A stretch of DNA of 63,212 bases, counting the filler, from Choristocarpus tenellus KU-1152 (Eukaryota; Protista; Phaeophyceae): the NCBI GenBank assembly GCA_964200185.2. It is 11 parts of 11 records of this genome, joined end to end, with 100 filler letters (N's around TTAATTAATTAA, not from the genome) between each part and the next. Parts side by side here need not be neighbours in the genome. Positions count along the whole stretch, not along the records: positions 47,253 to 53,460 come from CAXNAD020008678.1; positions 53,561 to 56,250 come from CAXNAD020025627.1; positions 56,351 to 60,464 come from CAXNAD020016141.1; positions 60,565 to 63,212 come from CAXNAD020025974.1; 7 more parts are not named here. One strand, written 5' to 3'. Each line of letters opens with the position of its first letter. Position 1 is the stretch's first letter. The notes under the pieces are model-generated. The model was given only the letters and a program-made list of their open reading frames with translations. It searched no databases and was not told the origin of the DNA. The translations under genes and the position numbers were made by a program. Below, piece by piece: positions 47,534-61,000 of the stretch.

Positions 47534-50364
47534 CGAGTTGGGTCGAATGGTGACAGCAGAGCTTGGTTCGGGCAGAGATTGGACCACCTCTGCCTGAAGC
47601 ATGTCCACCAGGCGAACCTTTCAAAACAAAGAATATATATATATATATATATATATCATCATCAGAGATCGTGAGGAGCCATCGGGAATGGAAGAGGGGG
47701 AGGGGGGGGATGGTGTGGCGGGGTGTTGGGATGCAAAGTGTTGTCACGGAACCACCTCCACTTGGATCTCTGAGTTTGTAAGGAACTGGGAGATAAAACC
47801 ATTGGAATTGGGAATTGGGAATTGATACATTGATACATTGATACATTGATACATTGCTACATTGCTACATTGATACATTGGCAGGAATTGGTACCGCTGA
47901 CGGTTCAGTAAAATACCACTAAACCCAGTACGAGAGCTGTGTCGTGCCCCCCTCCCCCCACCCCCCACCCCCCCCTACTGAGGGATACTGCAACGCAGGT
48001 GAGGTTCACACTGCAGATAACCTTGAAAAGAAAGTTATTCCAAAGCGCAAGCATGCGGAAAGTACTTTTAATTTGCAAAAAATGAACTTGGCCATGGTGT
48101 ATAATCCATCGCATGGTGTGCTACAGGGCACTACAGAGCTGGACTTTATGCCCCACCACTTTGAACTTATGTTTTGAACAGGATACTGCTTACTAATACC
48201 ATACACGATGCAGCGTTTGAGGGGGTCCTCTCATCCAAATAAAAAAAAATGTGTATGATCTACACATATACCAAGACGAAAAAAAATAATCTCAAAAAAA
48301 AAATAATCCCTGTTAATAAACAAAAAATGCAACAAACTTCCAGCATTAAAAAAAAAATCGACATTTCAATTCTCCTTTTTTTTCTTTTTTTGCAGTAGAG
48401 TAACAAAGTAACAATATCATCACCACGAACACAACAACGAGCAGCACAAGCACCGTCCAAGACTTGCATCAACAAATGCTCGACTCCTAAGGACAGGGGG
48501 TGTCAATGAGGACACCGCCTTCACTCCTGTCCTCGTTTGATCCTTCCACAATGCTACATACACCATTACCCACCACCAGTCACAGATTTCACCACTTGGC
48601 AAGCCGTAAAATACCTGCAATGTGTCCAGCCAGCCCCGATCAGGTGCAACGACAGCCGAGTACAACCGTCCCAAAGAGGGTATACCCTCGGGGAGACACA
48701 AGGGGCTAGAAATGGGCTCAACAGAGCGGCCCTCTTCTTCCATCTCTGTTTGGTCCTCCTCTGACCCGGCAACTGGTTTGTTTTCCCCTTTCCCCACCTT
48801 CAGAGCTGGAATGGCGCCATAGAACACCTGGCAAGCCCATCCCACATTGTTCATGCAGCCAATCCAATCCAAGAGGGGTTGAGGGGGGAAGGGCAGGCAA
48901 GTGGCAAATCAGATGGTGAAAAAATGGAGGGGAAGGGGTTTGTTGAAATCCAGGGATGGGGAAGCAAATGAGCGTATGCTTAGGAGATCCATAGAGTTGA
49001 CCCTATTCTTGGTGCAACACTGAATCCCCCTTCATCATGCTTTGAAAATTAAAAAAAAGGAAAAAAAATCAATAGTCCCAAGTGAATTTTTTCCAAGAAA
49101 TGGGGGCTTTCATGAAACTATTGTTTTGAGTGATTAATGGGGATTTAGGATTAGGGTTATGACTGGGGTCAGTGAGTTTGGGTTACGCCTGGGGTAACTA
49201 GGATTGGGATAACAGGTACTGCATGATGGAGTATATGACCAGGCACAGCATTGTGCTGGACAAGTGTGACCACAGCTAAACCCTCAGGCCCTCAGAAAGT
49301 CGAGAACCAAGGAATCCCTTGGGAATTACGACGTTGAGTTTAGGTTGCTGTATCTAGGCAGTTTGTCCATGTATGTGAAAGAAATTCAGAGAAATGATAT
49401 GTAAATGAAAGTTGTTGTCTTCTTGGCCTCATGTAAATGGTGTATCAGAAAGTGGACTTGGTATCCTTGACCTAAACTTGAGGATAGAACCGACGAGATG
49501 AAAAATAGACTGGGGGTGAAGTGAAGGAAAAGGGTAAAGTGGTGTGATTTTTTCCATTGGGTTGTTAGCTCGCCTCCTTTGTTGGTGTTTAGAGAAGGTG
49601 AGAACTGGAAAAACCCGCAATGAAAACCAAGAACCCAATCAATCTACGACGACCTAGGAGGGGAATAAGGATATGAATGACCAGAAATATCTCGCACATG
49701 TAGCTCTACAGAGGACAAAGCGGTTTAACGTGGCACACTAGAGACAAACCTCTGTCTCAGTTATCCCCATGAGTTGCAAAAAATCCCAACAGACAAGAAG
49801 GTCTTCCATGAATTGTGGTGATGGACAGTCCATCTCCTCGCCTTCTACCCCATTCCTTGCTATCTTAGGTGAGGCAAACTTGCAACCTTCCTCCGCCAAC
49901 ATATTTTCCAGATACAAGGCGTCAGGAAGTGGGGAAGCAGGTGGGGTCTCTATTTCGTTAACCCCTCGCCCGCCCTTTCTGTCCCCTCCCCTTGCATCAA
50001 ACAACTCATCGTCCACTAATGCTGCTTGAGGTGAAAGATGGGATGGCGAGGGGTGAGATGTGGTTAAATCCTCATCCTTATCCTTCTTGACCACGGATTC
50101 ATATCCTTCCACCCGATACCGTTTCCGCCTCTCACTGCTCCTCGTGCTGGGTTTTCCACTCCTGCTGCCCCCTAACCTCTCTCGAGAAGTGGCGGGGGTT
50201 GCACAACTGGTCCGATTCCTGGACCTAGAGGTAGATGAGGAACTCTGCGACGCTGCAGGGGGTGGTGACACCGCTCTTGATCTTGTTTTTGTGCCTTTTT
50301 GGCCAGCAGTATTCGAGAGAGGGACATTTCTGGACCTCCCCCTTGTTCTTGTTGTGGGTGACAT
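47534..50364 (-). CDS. Putative DDT-domain chromatin protein, first three exons (continues off-contig)
   Basis: Exon 50364-49750 (ATG MSPTTRTRGRSR..., basic/Ser-rich, ends FMEDLLVCWDFLQLMGITETE|gt). Candidate exons 48827-48615 (VFYGAIPALK...DTLQ) and 47617-47534 (VRLVDMLQAE...), all phase 0. DLLxxWDFL resembles the first DDT-domain helix. Confidence 0.6.
47801..47880. repeat. Compound microsatellite (GGAATTG)n then (ATTGATAC)n
   Basis: Directly visible 7-bp and 8-bp periodicity. Confidence 0.85.
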
Positions 50365-52712
50365 TTTAAATTTTGGGCAGATATGCGATAAGAGACTACT
50401 GGTTTCTTCCACTGTTCCACAAATTGCTGGCAATATCCTACATGAGCAACAGCAAGACTACAATGACAGCATAGTTCGCGTCAAGGTACGCTGACCAAAG
50501 CTCGTCAGATCGAGGTTTACCCAAGTCAGCGTCACCCACTCCTCTACCTCACTGTACCACTATTGTTGTTTTTGTCTGTAGAAAAGTGGTATAGGGACTG
50601 GTGGCGCGAGATGAAACGCGCGGAAACCTATTTGAAATTTGTTTTCGTGTTCTTTACATCAACTCGTATGTTGATCAATTGATCCATCCTCTCGTTACTT
50701 GACCTAAAAGTCCTTGAACTCAGAACAAGTCCGTCCAAGAGGTTTCGAACATGTTAATGTTGAGTTAACTGAACATTATACTTACAATCGAATGTACAAT
50801 CTTGAGTACAACAGATGATGGAGAACATAAACACCTACTCTTAATAGTTGTGGTTCAACAAGTGGAACCAAGAGAAGCAAGGTGGACTTTTTCCCTGGGC
50901 GAACATGACGTATAGAATCTTCGTAAGCCCGTGCTCACGATTACGACCTGGGCTCTTGTCAGACACTTTTTCCAATATCCTTTTTCCAATTAGAGTTGTT
51001 GAATACCTTTTTGGGGTATGGAGTTCGTGTGCAAAGGTTAGAGAGGGGTCCTGTGTCCCAAGAGCAAAAGATGTGTGTGTGACGTCTTCCTTGAATGGAT
51101 TCTTTGTTTGTCTATTCGTAGAAAATGTTTTGCATTTCTTAATCAAGGGTGAAAAGGAACTCAAGGCAGCGACAGTCGTCTATTTCCAGTGATAATCCTG
51201 CCCAACCCCCTTCATTGATTGTGTGCGACATTCGATGCGAACATATACCAAGATCCTTACACAGGATGACAAGGTTGGTGCGCGCCTTTCTCTTCCACGA
51301 ATGCTTGGTCACGAAGGATGAAAGCGCCACTGAGGAGGAGGCTTTGGAACTCATCCTTTGGCAAGTAATTTCCCCCCTCCCTGAGAAAACAAGGCTTGAT
51401 GTAGATGTTAACAGTAGTGGATCTCACTCCGCTAGTCGCGACGCCGAGGATGTTTCCCGAGATCCTTAGCAGCTTCGTTATGTTAGATAGTATGGTTCAC
51501 CTGTCTCAGATACACTAATATGGTCAGGTGAAGTAGTTGCTGTGCTTGTAAGTCATACATATCAAACCCCTCAAGTCATTGCAGGATGTAGCACGCTCAG
51601 CACTAACCCGCTCCCAAGCAGAAACCCTCGCTAACCCATGCTTCTAGGTATGTCGTACCCATAGATGTCCGTTTAAAAAATCCTTATCAAAAGACATGAC
51701 CTTGCTTTTTCATCTTGGCAAGGACTTCTGTTCAACGCCTCAAACGAGTCTCAGTCGATCAGACATTGCTAAGCACCCTTCATTGTAATTTCCTGTTGCT
51801 ACAATACGACACTCTCAAACCCTGCTATTTCAACTAATTTTGAACCATGCGCATCCAAAATGTACAACATCTTTGCATAAAGCGTTTCATATTTCATCCG
51901 TACATCTATTCATAGCTAGAACGATAGGTAGCCCCACAATCCTGAACAAAAGCACCATTCAAGACCACAAGATGTATGTAGGGCTAAATCGAAGCTTTAT
52001 CCATTACATTACCATCCTTCACTCTGTTGTTTTCGAAACTCCAAGTCCCTTCCCTTCCCATCATCTCTCTTCTGGAGCAGGTACTATCCCCCTGACGAGA
52101 GCCCAATGCAAAAGATGAAACATGTGGGTCTCAGCCAGGCATTGCTTTCTTTTGGAGACCAGTTTAGGAAACGTGACGATAATGGTGAGTGATTGTGTGA
52201 GAGAGGGCGACCTCTTTTGTCCGCATCGTAACGTGAAGTCTTGTGTCAACTATGTTCAACTAAAAATGATATATATTTTTTCGTACAATACTCCTTCATA
52301 ATAAGAACAATACCCATTACTGTACTTTACCGGTCCTGAAATCTGTGGGGTACAGGTGATTCGGCGCATTGTGTTGTCCCAACTGCGCTTGGCAGTACTA
52401 CTGTACTATTCTTTTGATGGTCCAAAACTTGGGATTGTTGACAGTAAGCCCTTCCGTGACCAACCCCCCCCCCTACATTAGGACTAGCAAAGCTCTCTTC
52501 GCGTGAATATGATATTGGTTTGTATACATGTAAACAGCCTCAGGGAAACATGTATCAAGTGCTTTTGACTGGTGCATTTTTGTGTTCGTTTTGCTGTTGA
52601 CAACAGGTACCTCCTGTTGACCCCCCTTTATGTTGTATATGATATTGATTGCCTCAATTCAATTTTGGCTCAATGCTACCAGAAGGCACTCCCAACCTGC
52701 TCTATCTATCTA

Positions 52713-52759
<47 letters not shown>

Positions 52760-55036
52760 TATTCGTTGAGCTGTGTATACAAATTGCTGCAGCAACTAAA
52801 ATCTCTCGGTGTCTATCATCTTACATTCAGTTTATACTTGGAGTATTTCTAAGCCACCTTTTTATCGAAAGAACAATAAATGTGTGTGGGTGTGGGTGGG
52901 TGGGTGTGTACGTGTCTGTAACTGCCATTGATGTTGATAAACATTTCAAACAAATTTGCATGCCAAATACCCTCCTCCTGTCCCGCTTCCAAAACCTTCT
53001 CCCCCCCTTGAGAAAATGGTCCGTGTTCCCAATAGAACCACGTACTGCTGGCTGACATTACAGCACCCTGAGAGCTCTGTTGATGCAATAAAATCATACT
53101 GGATTTCAATCCCCTCCCCCCTAGCGTCCCTGTCCCCCACCGCCAACACCTCCACCTCTCTGCAACTTCACCCACCTGCCTGCGATCAGGAGACAAGAGC
53201 AACCTGGGGGCACCTGGTGGGGAGGGTGATGGTGATGAGAAGGATCTAGGCTGGAGTGTTGGGAAGACATGCAGGGGGGGGGTGGAGATAGTACGCATGA
53301 AAAACCACTGCCATGGGTTTCTGGAGTGTGAACCCGGCCTGTGGCTTGTTTTTATTGCAAGCAATTCCTGGGGAGGTAGGAAGATGGGTGGGGAAGGGGG
53401 GCAAGGGGGCGGGGGGGAGAGTGTACAGTACAGGTTAGATCAGTGTAAATTTGAGGCTATNNNNNNNNNNNNNNNNNNNNNNNNNNNNNNNNNNNNNNNN
53501 NNNNTTAATTAATTAANNNNNNNNNNNNNNNNNNNNNNNNNNNNNNNNNNNNNNNNNNNNCCCCCCTCCCCCTGCTTCGCCACCTTAGTGACGCATCTAT
53601 GTTCCTTCAACATTAATACTGTTTTTTCAACTTGAAAAAAAAACATTGTGAGTGTTAATAAAATAATTGTTCCGTTTTTGTTTGTTTATTTGTTAGCGTT
53701 TTGTTTTTATTGTTGGTGTAGTGCCTACCGATTCAGTTGTATGGAAGGCGCTGTGTTGTGCACAGTGAAGTGATTTTTGCTTCCGCCTCTATTCCAATGT
53801 ATTGGATGTATTTTTCATTTTTGCTTGATAGGCACTGCGTCGAATATTTTTTTTATTAAACGATATTTGTTAGAGATTGTCAAGTGGATTGATTGCTGCA
53901 TGGAGAGTGATGAGTAATGACAGCCTCTTAGGTCAGAGTCTGTGGGGATGCTTGGTTATTTTGGAGGAGGATTCTTCAACAGTGGGTTTTGAATTTTGCT
54001 CTTGTCAAGTAAGTTTTTCACCTACTCATCGCTGTATGCACTTGTGTTTTCATTTTTGCAGGGGTTGTTTGTGAAAGCTTGAGAATTGTGGGTATTTGCC
54101 GTGAGGAGGACTGCCGTATGGCAGCTAACATTTCATACTAGTTGGATGAGTGTCGTTTCCTCTTATTAAAGTGGCAGGTTGTTGGTAGTATGAGGTAGGG
54201 TTAGGGCTAGGCTTGGTGGTAGTTTTTGTTGTAATTGGTTGAATGTGGGGGAGGTAGTAATGGTGATGAGTCGTGAGTGAGTGTCTATTTACAGAAACGA
54301 AAAAAAAATGTATATATAGATAGAGAGATAGAAAAATAATATATTATATATACACGCTGAAGTATTCTTTTGAGGGGAGAATGTGCAATCCAGTTTAATG
54401 ATGGGAAGGAGAGTATCGTAGTAGTATTGATGATGCTTGTTCTTGATTGAATGGAATGGTGAGGTGATCCATGGTGGAAGTATTGTATCTGTAGAGGCCG
54501 AGTCCATGGTCTAATCCACCCACTGCACCGGCCTGGAGTTTCTTCATCGTGGTGGGGACTGACGATGTTTTAAGCAGGGTATCTTCCTCGGGGCCTTTAG
54601 TGAGCTAGGCTAGTGTGAAGGGGCTGATTGGCAGGCTGGTCAATTGGTTGTGTTTTCTGAGAGGGTTCTTGGAGGGACTTCAGATGCTTCAACAAGGGTG
54701 CCTGTCGGTCAGGTGGCATTGAAAATATTTTGATACAGGTCCGGGCCGGTCAGAGTCCAGAGGATTCTCTTCATCATTTTGACCAAGCTGGTCCGATGGT
54801 AATGTCTCTGAAAGGACCAGTTCAGGTTCATCGAAGATTGTAATGAGGCTGGTCTTTGGGCTGACCCAGTGAAAACCCCTGATCCTCCCGCCGCTCCTTG
54901 GATTTTCCTTTATTGTCTCTATTCTCTAAGTCTAATGCATTCATGCCCCTCCCCCACCCCCCCACCCCCAACCCCATTGTTCCATATCCCCCCACAACAT
55001 CTCACTTGCAACCTTGGGGGTTTTCACTACTAATAG

Positions 55037-55418
55037 GCATTGTTCCTGTCTGGTGGTGTTGATGGGGTGGTCTATAGTAGCGGCTATGGTAGCAGTGGAA
55101 CCTTTTGCAAGAATGTTGTTGGCAGAGACAGCATCACCACCTCTAAAGGGGGCATGAGTCTACCAGGCATGGCCTCTGTTGGGGGAGCAAAGCCAGATGT
55201 TGAGGTGGGAGGAGGGTGTGTGAGTTGGATAGGTTGGGAGCTGGGGGATTGTGTTGTTTTTTATATAGTGAGAATGTTACAGAAAAAGATGGGGGGGGGG
55301 GGGGGGGGGGGGGGTGTTTTTTTTGATACCCTTTTCCCATCCAAAAAAGAAGAGGGAGGAGGGGGGGGGGGGNNNNNNNNNNGAGGGTGTGTAATGGGTT
55401 ATAATAAGGAGAAAGTGG

Positions 55419-55457
<39 letters not shown>

Positions 55458-56146
55458 CTGTGATGATTCTGTGCACTCATGTCAACTCTCAGACAACAGG
55501 GGTTGTATTGGAGTATGGGATTTACAATCAGGTGCCCTTGAGGTATGGGTGATGTAATGTTGCCACCTGTGGGTGTGGATGGCCTTTGGGAAAAATTGAT
55601 GTTAGGTGAGTTGTTGCGTGGAGATTAGCAACTGTGTGTGTGTGTGTGTGTGTGTCACCAAATAAAGTGCATTAGTACACCTGTTTATTCCATCTTTGTT
55701 CTCTGTAGCTTGCAATCAATATGCTTGTTTATGACGTCTTTGGCATGTATTTACTCAATCGACCACAGATGACACATGAAGGGTTCAAGGTGATTATCGC
55801 TGACAACAACTTGGAAGAGTTTGCAGATGACCTTGCAGGCGTGTTTGATAGCGATACGCCTCCTGCTATCGAGGCAGCACAAGTCAGGAGCGGCACTACT
55901 CTTGGATCGTGGAGCTATGCTGGGGATGGTGGGGGTGGCGTCGAACATTCATTGATGCCTAGTGCACCATACTTTAATCCTCCTTCCCCCTTGCAAACAG
56001 GGGCTGGTGCAGTGGGAAATCATCATGAGCGCCAAGGGCGGGGAATTTTTTCCTCAGAGGGTGATGGCACAAGGAATGCAGATGTGGACCACGCGTATAA
56101 TGTTTCTGTGATGTGGCCGCCAATCAGGAGTTCTATTGGCATGTAA
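55037..56146 (+). CDS. Probable last two exons of an unidentified protein
   Basis: Exon 55037-55204 (ALFLSGGVDG...AKPDVE|gt) and exon 55709-56146 (ctgtag|LAINMLVYDVFGMYLLNRPQMTHEGFKVIIADNNLEEFADDLAGVFDS...stop), joined in phase 0. The contig is G/T-skewed on +. Confidence 0.5.
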
Positions 56147-56350
56147 TTGGATATAGTCCATTGTGTAGAGGCAATTAATGATGGGCATGGTTCCATGTTT
56201 TACCATGAGGTTATTTACATATTAGCATGGCTCAAAGTATCTAGGGGGGGNNNNNNNNNNNNNNNNNNNNNNNNNNNNNNNNNNNNNNNNNNNNTTAATT
56301 AATTAANNNNNNNNNNNNNNNNNNNNNNNNNNNNNNNNNNNNNNNNNNNN

Positions 56351-56530
56351 GTTACAATTTAGATGTAATTTTGGCTATCGAATTTGTTAGGAAGTGTCAA
56401 TATCTATGTTTCGGACACACATAATATACACATTTTCGGAGTAGGAGAATGTAATAACAAACCCCATGGGAAGCCAAGCCCCAAATGGACAAACAGGGCA
56501 AAACTCGTACCCTCTAAGATACTTTCACTC
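56351..56530 (-). mobile_element. MITE copy truncated by contig start
   Basis: Same internal sequence; ends GATACTTTCACTC. Confidence 0.85.
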
Positions 56531-57798
56531 AGTCCTAGTGAAAATTGTCGTACTGCAGGATCACACACCCGTCTGTAAGGCAGGTATGCAGTGTTTGTAG
56601 TGGCAGGACTGTAAGGTAAAGTTGCTGTGGTTCTTAAAGAATGTGTCGTCGAAGTTCTTGAACACGACAGCGACCAAAATCGGAAACATTTCTGTGTACG
56701 AAAGAGCACCTACCCTACACATATTTAGTTGTTCTGATATTTTGTGGGAGTGAGATATTATGTTGTATCTCCAAGTATTTTGAAGAAAGAGGTAGGTAAC
56801 TTGAAGCGCCACTATGTCCCGCCCTTTTGAGCAAGGAGTACTATTTTTTTCTCATTTTTCTGTCTGTGGACACAAATACACGTTGCACCAAGGTTTACCC
56901 TAATTTCTTTGCAAACTTTACAAATAGGAAGGCTTGATAACGTCCTGCACTGCTCGTTGATTTCAGTGAAAATAGTTTTACATGGCGGCTCACCTTAGTA
57001 TATTGAATCAATGCTTTGCTTAGAAAGGTTGCAAGGGATTACTGTATGTATAGCCATGGAACAATTTGGCGATAGACTGCCCATATTTTGTAGGTTAAAA
57101 CTCCATCGACAAGACACCATACTTTGTAAGAGGCAAAATATCGTGTAGGGGGTTAATGAAAAGACAGGAAGAAAGAAACTCATTTTTTTGTATTGTGAAT
57201 TAAAACAGGTCAATTAGCTTCAGTTTGATTTTGTCGCAATAACACAATAACTGGAGTGGAAAATTCCGAATATTCGGTTATTTTTTGTATCACACTACAG
57301 CGAGAAATTTGCAACCCCTGAAAGTGTCAGAGGTCACAGAACCACATAATTGTCACAAGGTGGCACTACCAACAACTCACTACACATTTCACTTTTCATG
57401 GCATCAACTCTTCCTGATGGGACCTGTGGAGACTTAGCCTCATATGCTGAACTTAACCGAATTAATCAAAACTTTTCTCTGACCGATTTAATCGTCAAGT
57501 CGAAGTTAATTCCTTTCGGTTCACAAACACAAATCAATAATTGTTGAGTACCAACAAGATACACTATTTATGTAATACTATTTAATGTCATAATCAGATA
57601 GTTGACCGTTGATAAATCATTAATTGGATACACCAATGCAGCAACAGGAGACTATTACTATAATTGATAACACACTCCAGTGTAATCAGTGGACAAAAAC
57701 GCCCAACAGAAGTCGTGAGTCGTGTTTAGGGCCTATATGGCCTTCAATGTTGAGTCCCTATTAAGGTCCACAAAGACTTCTCATCAGTTCTTTCTCTT

Positions 57799-58056
57799 GA
57801 ATGAAAGTATCTTGGAGGGTACGAGTTTTGCCCAGTTTGTCCATTTGGGGCTTGACTTCCCTCGGGGTTTTTATGACATTTTCCCACTCCAAAATGTTTA
57901 GGAGTACATAAAATGTATACGTTATGAAAAGGAGTGTCCGGAACATGGATATTGACACTTCCTAACGAACACGATAGTCAAAATTACATCAAAATCGCAA
58001 CCTTGGATTTTGACCCCCAAATGGATGCGGCTCTAGCCTCTAAGATACTTTGGCTC
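57799..58056 (+). mobile_element. MITE copy
   Basis: 258 bp, both TIRs; flanks TCTT/TCCT. Confidence 0.88.
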
Positions 58057-61000
58057 TCCTGCCAGGTGCGAGTCTCTCTGGTACTATACTCCAGTACACC
58101 AAAAAATTAGGTAGAGAAATAAAAGCAAACATTGAATTCTGAGTATGTCTACCACAGCATACATCGTAGCACACCTTGAACAATGTTGCACTCGACATGA
58201 TGTTATGCCTTAACACTGGAGATGATAACATATATTGCACAATGTAGTTCCCATATATAACACTCCAGTATAAAACATACTCGATAGGTAGAATCTCCAT
58301 TTCCCAACTTCAATCCCTTCTACCCAGTTTATTGATTGGTTTTGTCTTGATATCTTATTTTAACGTACCTTTAGAGATTACTTGTTCACTTCCTCCAACG
58401 GGCATTTTTTTCCCCTTCAAACTAAGCTATGCTGGCAATTCTCTATTTCAAATTACTTATGGATGTACTTTGGAGTATGTGTGTATGTAGCATTTTGTTA
58501 AGACAAAGCTAACATAATATTAAAATGATTGGACTAGAGAGGTGGGGAAGATTAAGTATCCACCTGTTCGTGTCTAGCATTGACAATAAAAAAACCTACT
58601 TCGCAGCAATGGACTCTGGAATTCGGTCTCATAAAAGATCGGTTGCCCAGAATAGAGGCATGTAGTGATGAAGGCATCACCCCAAATTTCTGACGATGCA
58701 AATGTTAATCTGTCCTTGACGATCTGTTGTCCCACGCAACCAGTTATATTACTGTTTATTAGCTTGTATCACAGTTGAGAAGAGAGTGAAACACCATCAC
58801 TAGGTGGGGCTCACCAATCCTTACAATAAACAACTCAGAATACCAAATGACCCAACAGTTCTCTAGTACACGGCAAAAACATTCCGACTCTGACATTCCG
58901 CTAATTACTTCTGGTCAAATACCCCACCTAAATATCTCGAATGCCCCGCACCATTATCTGTGCGTACATATAATAATACTTCAAATCATATTCCCACAAA
59001 TGGTCAAGCATAATCGTGACACACTGCACTGCTCTGACTATGCAATGAGAGTCAAATCAGTCCAACAATAAATCCCAGCTTGAAATCAACTCGATCTGCA
59101 CACTTTGAATCTTATTCCACATATGGACAAGCTAAATCTTGACAGGCCCAGACTCCAATGGTGAGACCTACTGTTCCAAAGTCAGAAGACTCTGCCCCTC
59201 AAATTAGGAAACTTGTGCTCATTTTTTCAACGCTCCGGTTTGTGCATGGGTTAGGACTGATCATCCTTATTGCTGTTTCACACTTTTGCCTGATGGAGAC
59301 CACCCCAATTGGTCTTTCATGCAATTGACACAAAGAGAAAGGGGGCGTTTAAGGAGCTGCATTTTGTCATGGCGGATTTAGCACTGTGCCTGGCATGGTT
59401 CAGGCTGGTGGAAGCATGCAATACTCACTGCCTACTCCAAGCAGATACTGTTGCAAATAGATGTGATTAAGACGAACATAATGACCATGTCCTTCACCAG
59501 ATATGGACAGTTGTTCTTCTCATTTGCATTTCCGTGAGTTAAGCAGTCATATACCATTCCTTCCACACTAACCTCAAACTCATGGTGATGACATAAAGTG
59601 CGTTGCATTTAATGACACCAAAATTATGTTACATCCCTGTTTCCTGCCTTGAAGAAGATCATAGTTTCTTCTACTCCTACCTTTGGGGCAACAGTTACTG
59701 ATCTAACAGGAAAGTCTATCATATATTGCTATAATTGATTGCAATGTTTGACACATAAGTCACTGTGTAGCCCAGATTGATCAGTGGCATACAACATTGA
59801 TATAGACATGAATGGTACAAGAAGAAGCATATATTTGGGCAACATGTTATCATCTACAATACATACTTCAACAACATAATGACATCTGAGACCACTGAGC
59901 AAATTATTGGGTGCAAACATTGCACTACGTTGGAGTGGGAAAGGCTATCGTTTTAATAATGCATGGCAGGAATTTTATAGATTGATCAACATGGATGGGC
60001 CATAAATGTGTAGGAACATGTCTGCGAGTGAAAGCAAAAACATCACTGAAGAGATACGTACAGAAAGAGGGCACAGTGCCAAAATATATCGGAAACGCTC
60101 TAGTAGCGTATGATGGGTCAGGGATATGGAAGGCTTTCTTGTTGATAAGCAGTGGGTGGAGATTATGTAGATGAGTGACTGAGTGAGAAGACGGCAAAAT
60201 TGGTGAGTAAGGCCAGGTATTTCTGAACTGCTTAGAGTGGGTAGTGATTGCACATTTATGCCTGCAAATGATAGTGTTGTTCAGTAGAGACAATAGCATA
60301 TGTTTTGGCCAATGGCTGGGTTGGTTGACGATGCAATCATCCCTTGCTTCTGTACCTCTGCAGCTCATATGGAAGGTGGAAGGATACTCATTTGTAAGAG
60401 ACCCAAAGTGTTTGGGTGGGTGGGTGGGTGGGGTCTACACCAGGGTGTCCTTTTTGGGTCATAANNNNNNNNNNNNNNNNNNNNNNNNNNNNNNNNNNNN
60501 NNNNNNNNTTAATTAATTAANNNNNNNNNNNNNNNNNNNNNNNNNNNNNNNNNNNNNNNNNNNNACAAAAAAGGTGGGGAGGGAGAAGGGGCCCCCGAAG
60601 GCCCCCCCCCCCCCCCCCCCCCCCCCTAGATACTTTGAGCCTTGACCTCGTCCTCTCGGTTGCAGTTCGTCTCGGTCAATATGATCTATCTAGCCTGGTG
60701 ATTCTCTTCAACACCCTTGCCTAAGTAAACCATGCCGCGCCACAGAATCGCACGATTCACATTGGCGACATCAGTAACCTCAGGTATAGGGTGAGGGGCA
60801 CAACTTCAATCTCCATGGTAGCATGCCGAAAACCAAAACCAGACAAAGCTGTCAGTAGTAAGAGCTGTAGACAGAAGCTGATTGTGCAGACAGTGATGAA
60901 CTTAAGGTTGGCGAAAATGCAGACATTCAAACATTGGGTTCACCCATCAGCAAACTGGCAGAGTCGATTTCGTCAAGTTCATCACCCAGTGGGTCCTCGT

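Noticed and set aside
50060-50494. Plus-strand ORFs here and most other short ORFs in the track
   Set aside because: They are antisense shadows of real exons, low-complexity or repeat translations, or MITE-derived. Prokaryote-style ORF calling does not suit this intron-rich DNA.
5982-60564. Recurrent TTAATTAATTAA flanked by N runs as a biological repeat, and any gene neighbourhood across it (e.g. UBR next to SPOUT1)
   Set aside because: The identical 44N+12+44N geometry with six-frame stops marks an artificial concatenation linker.
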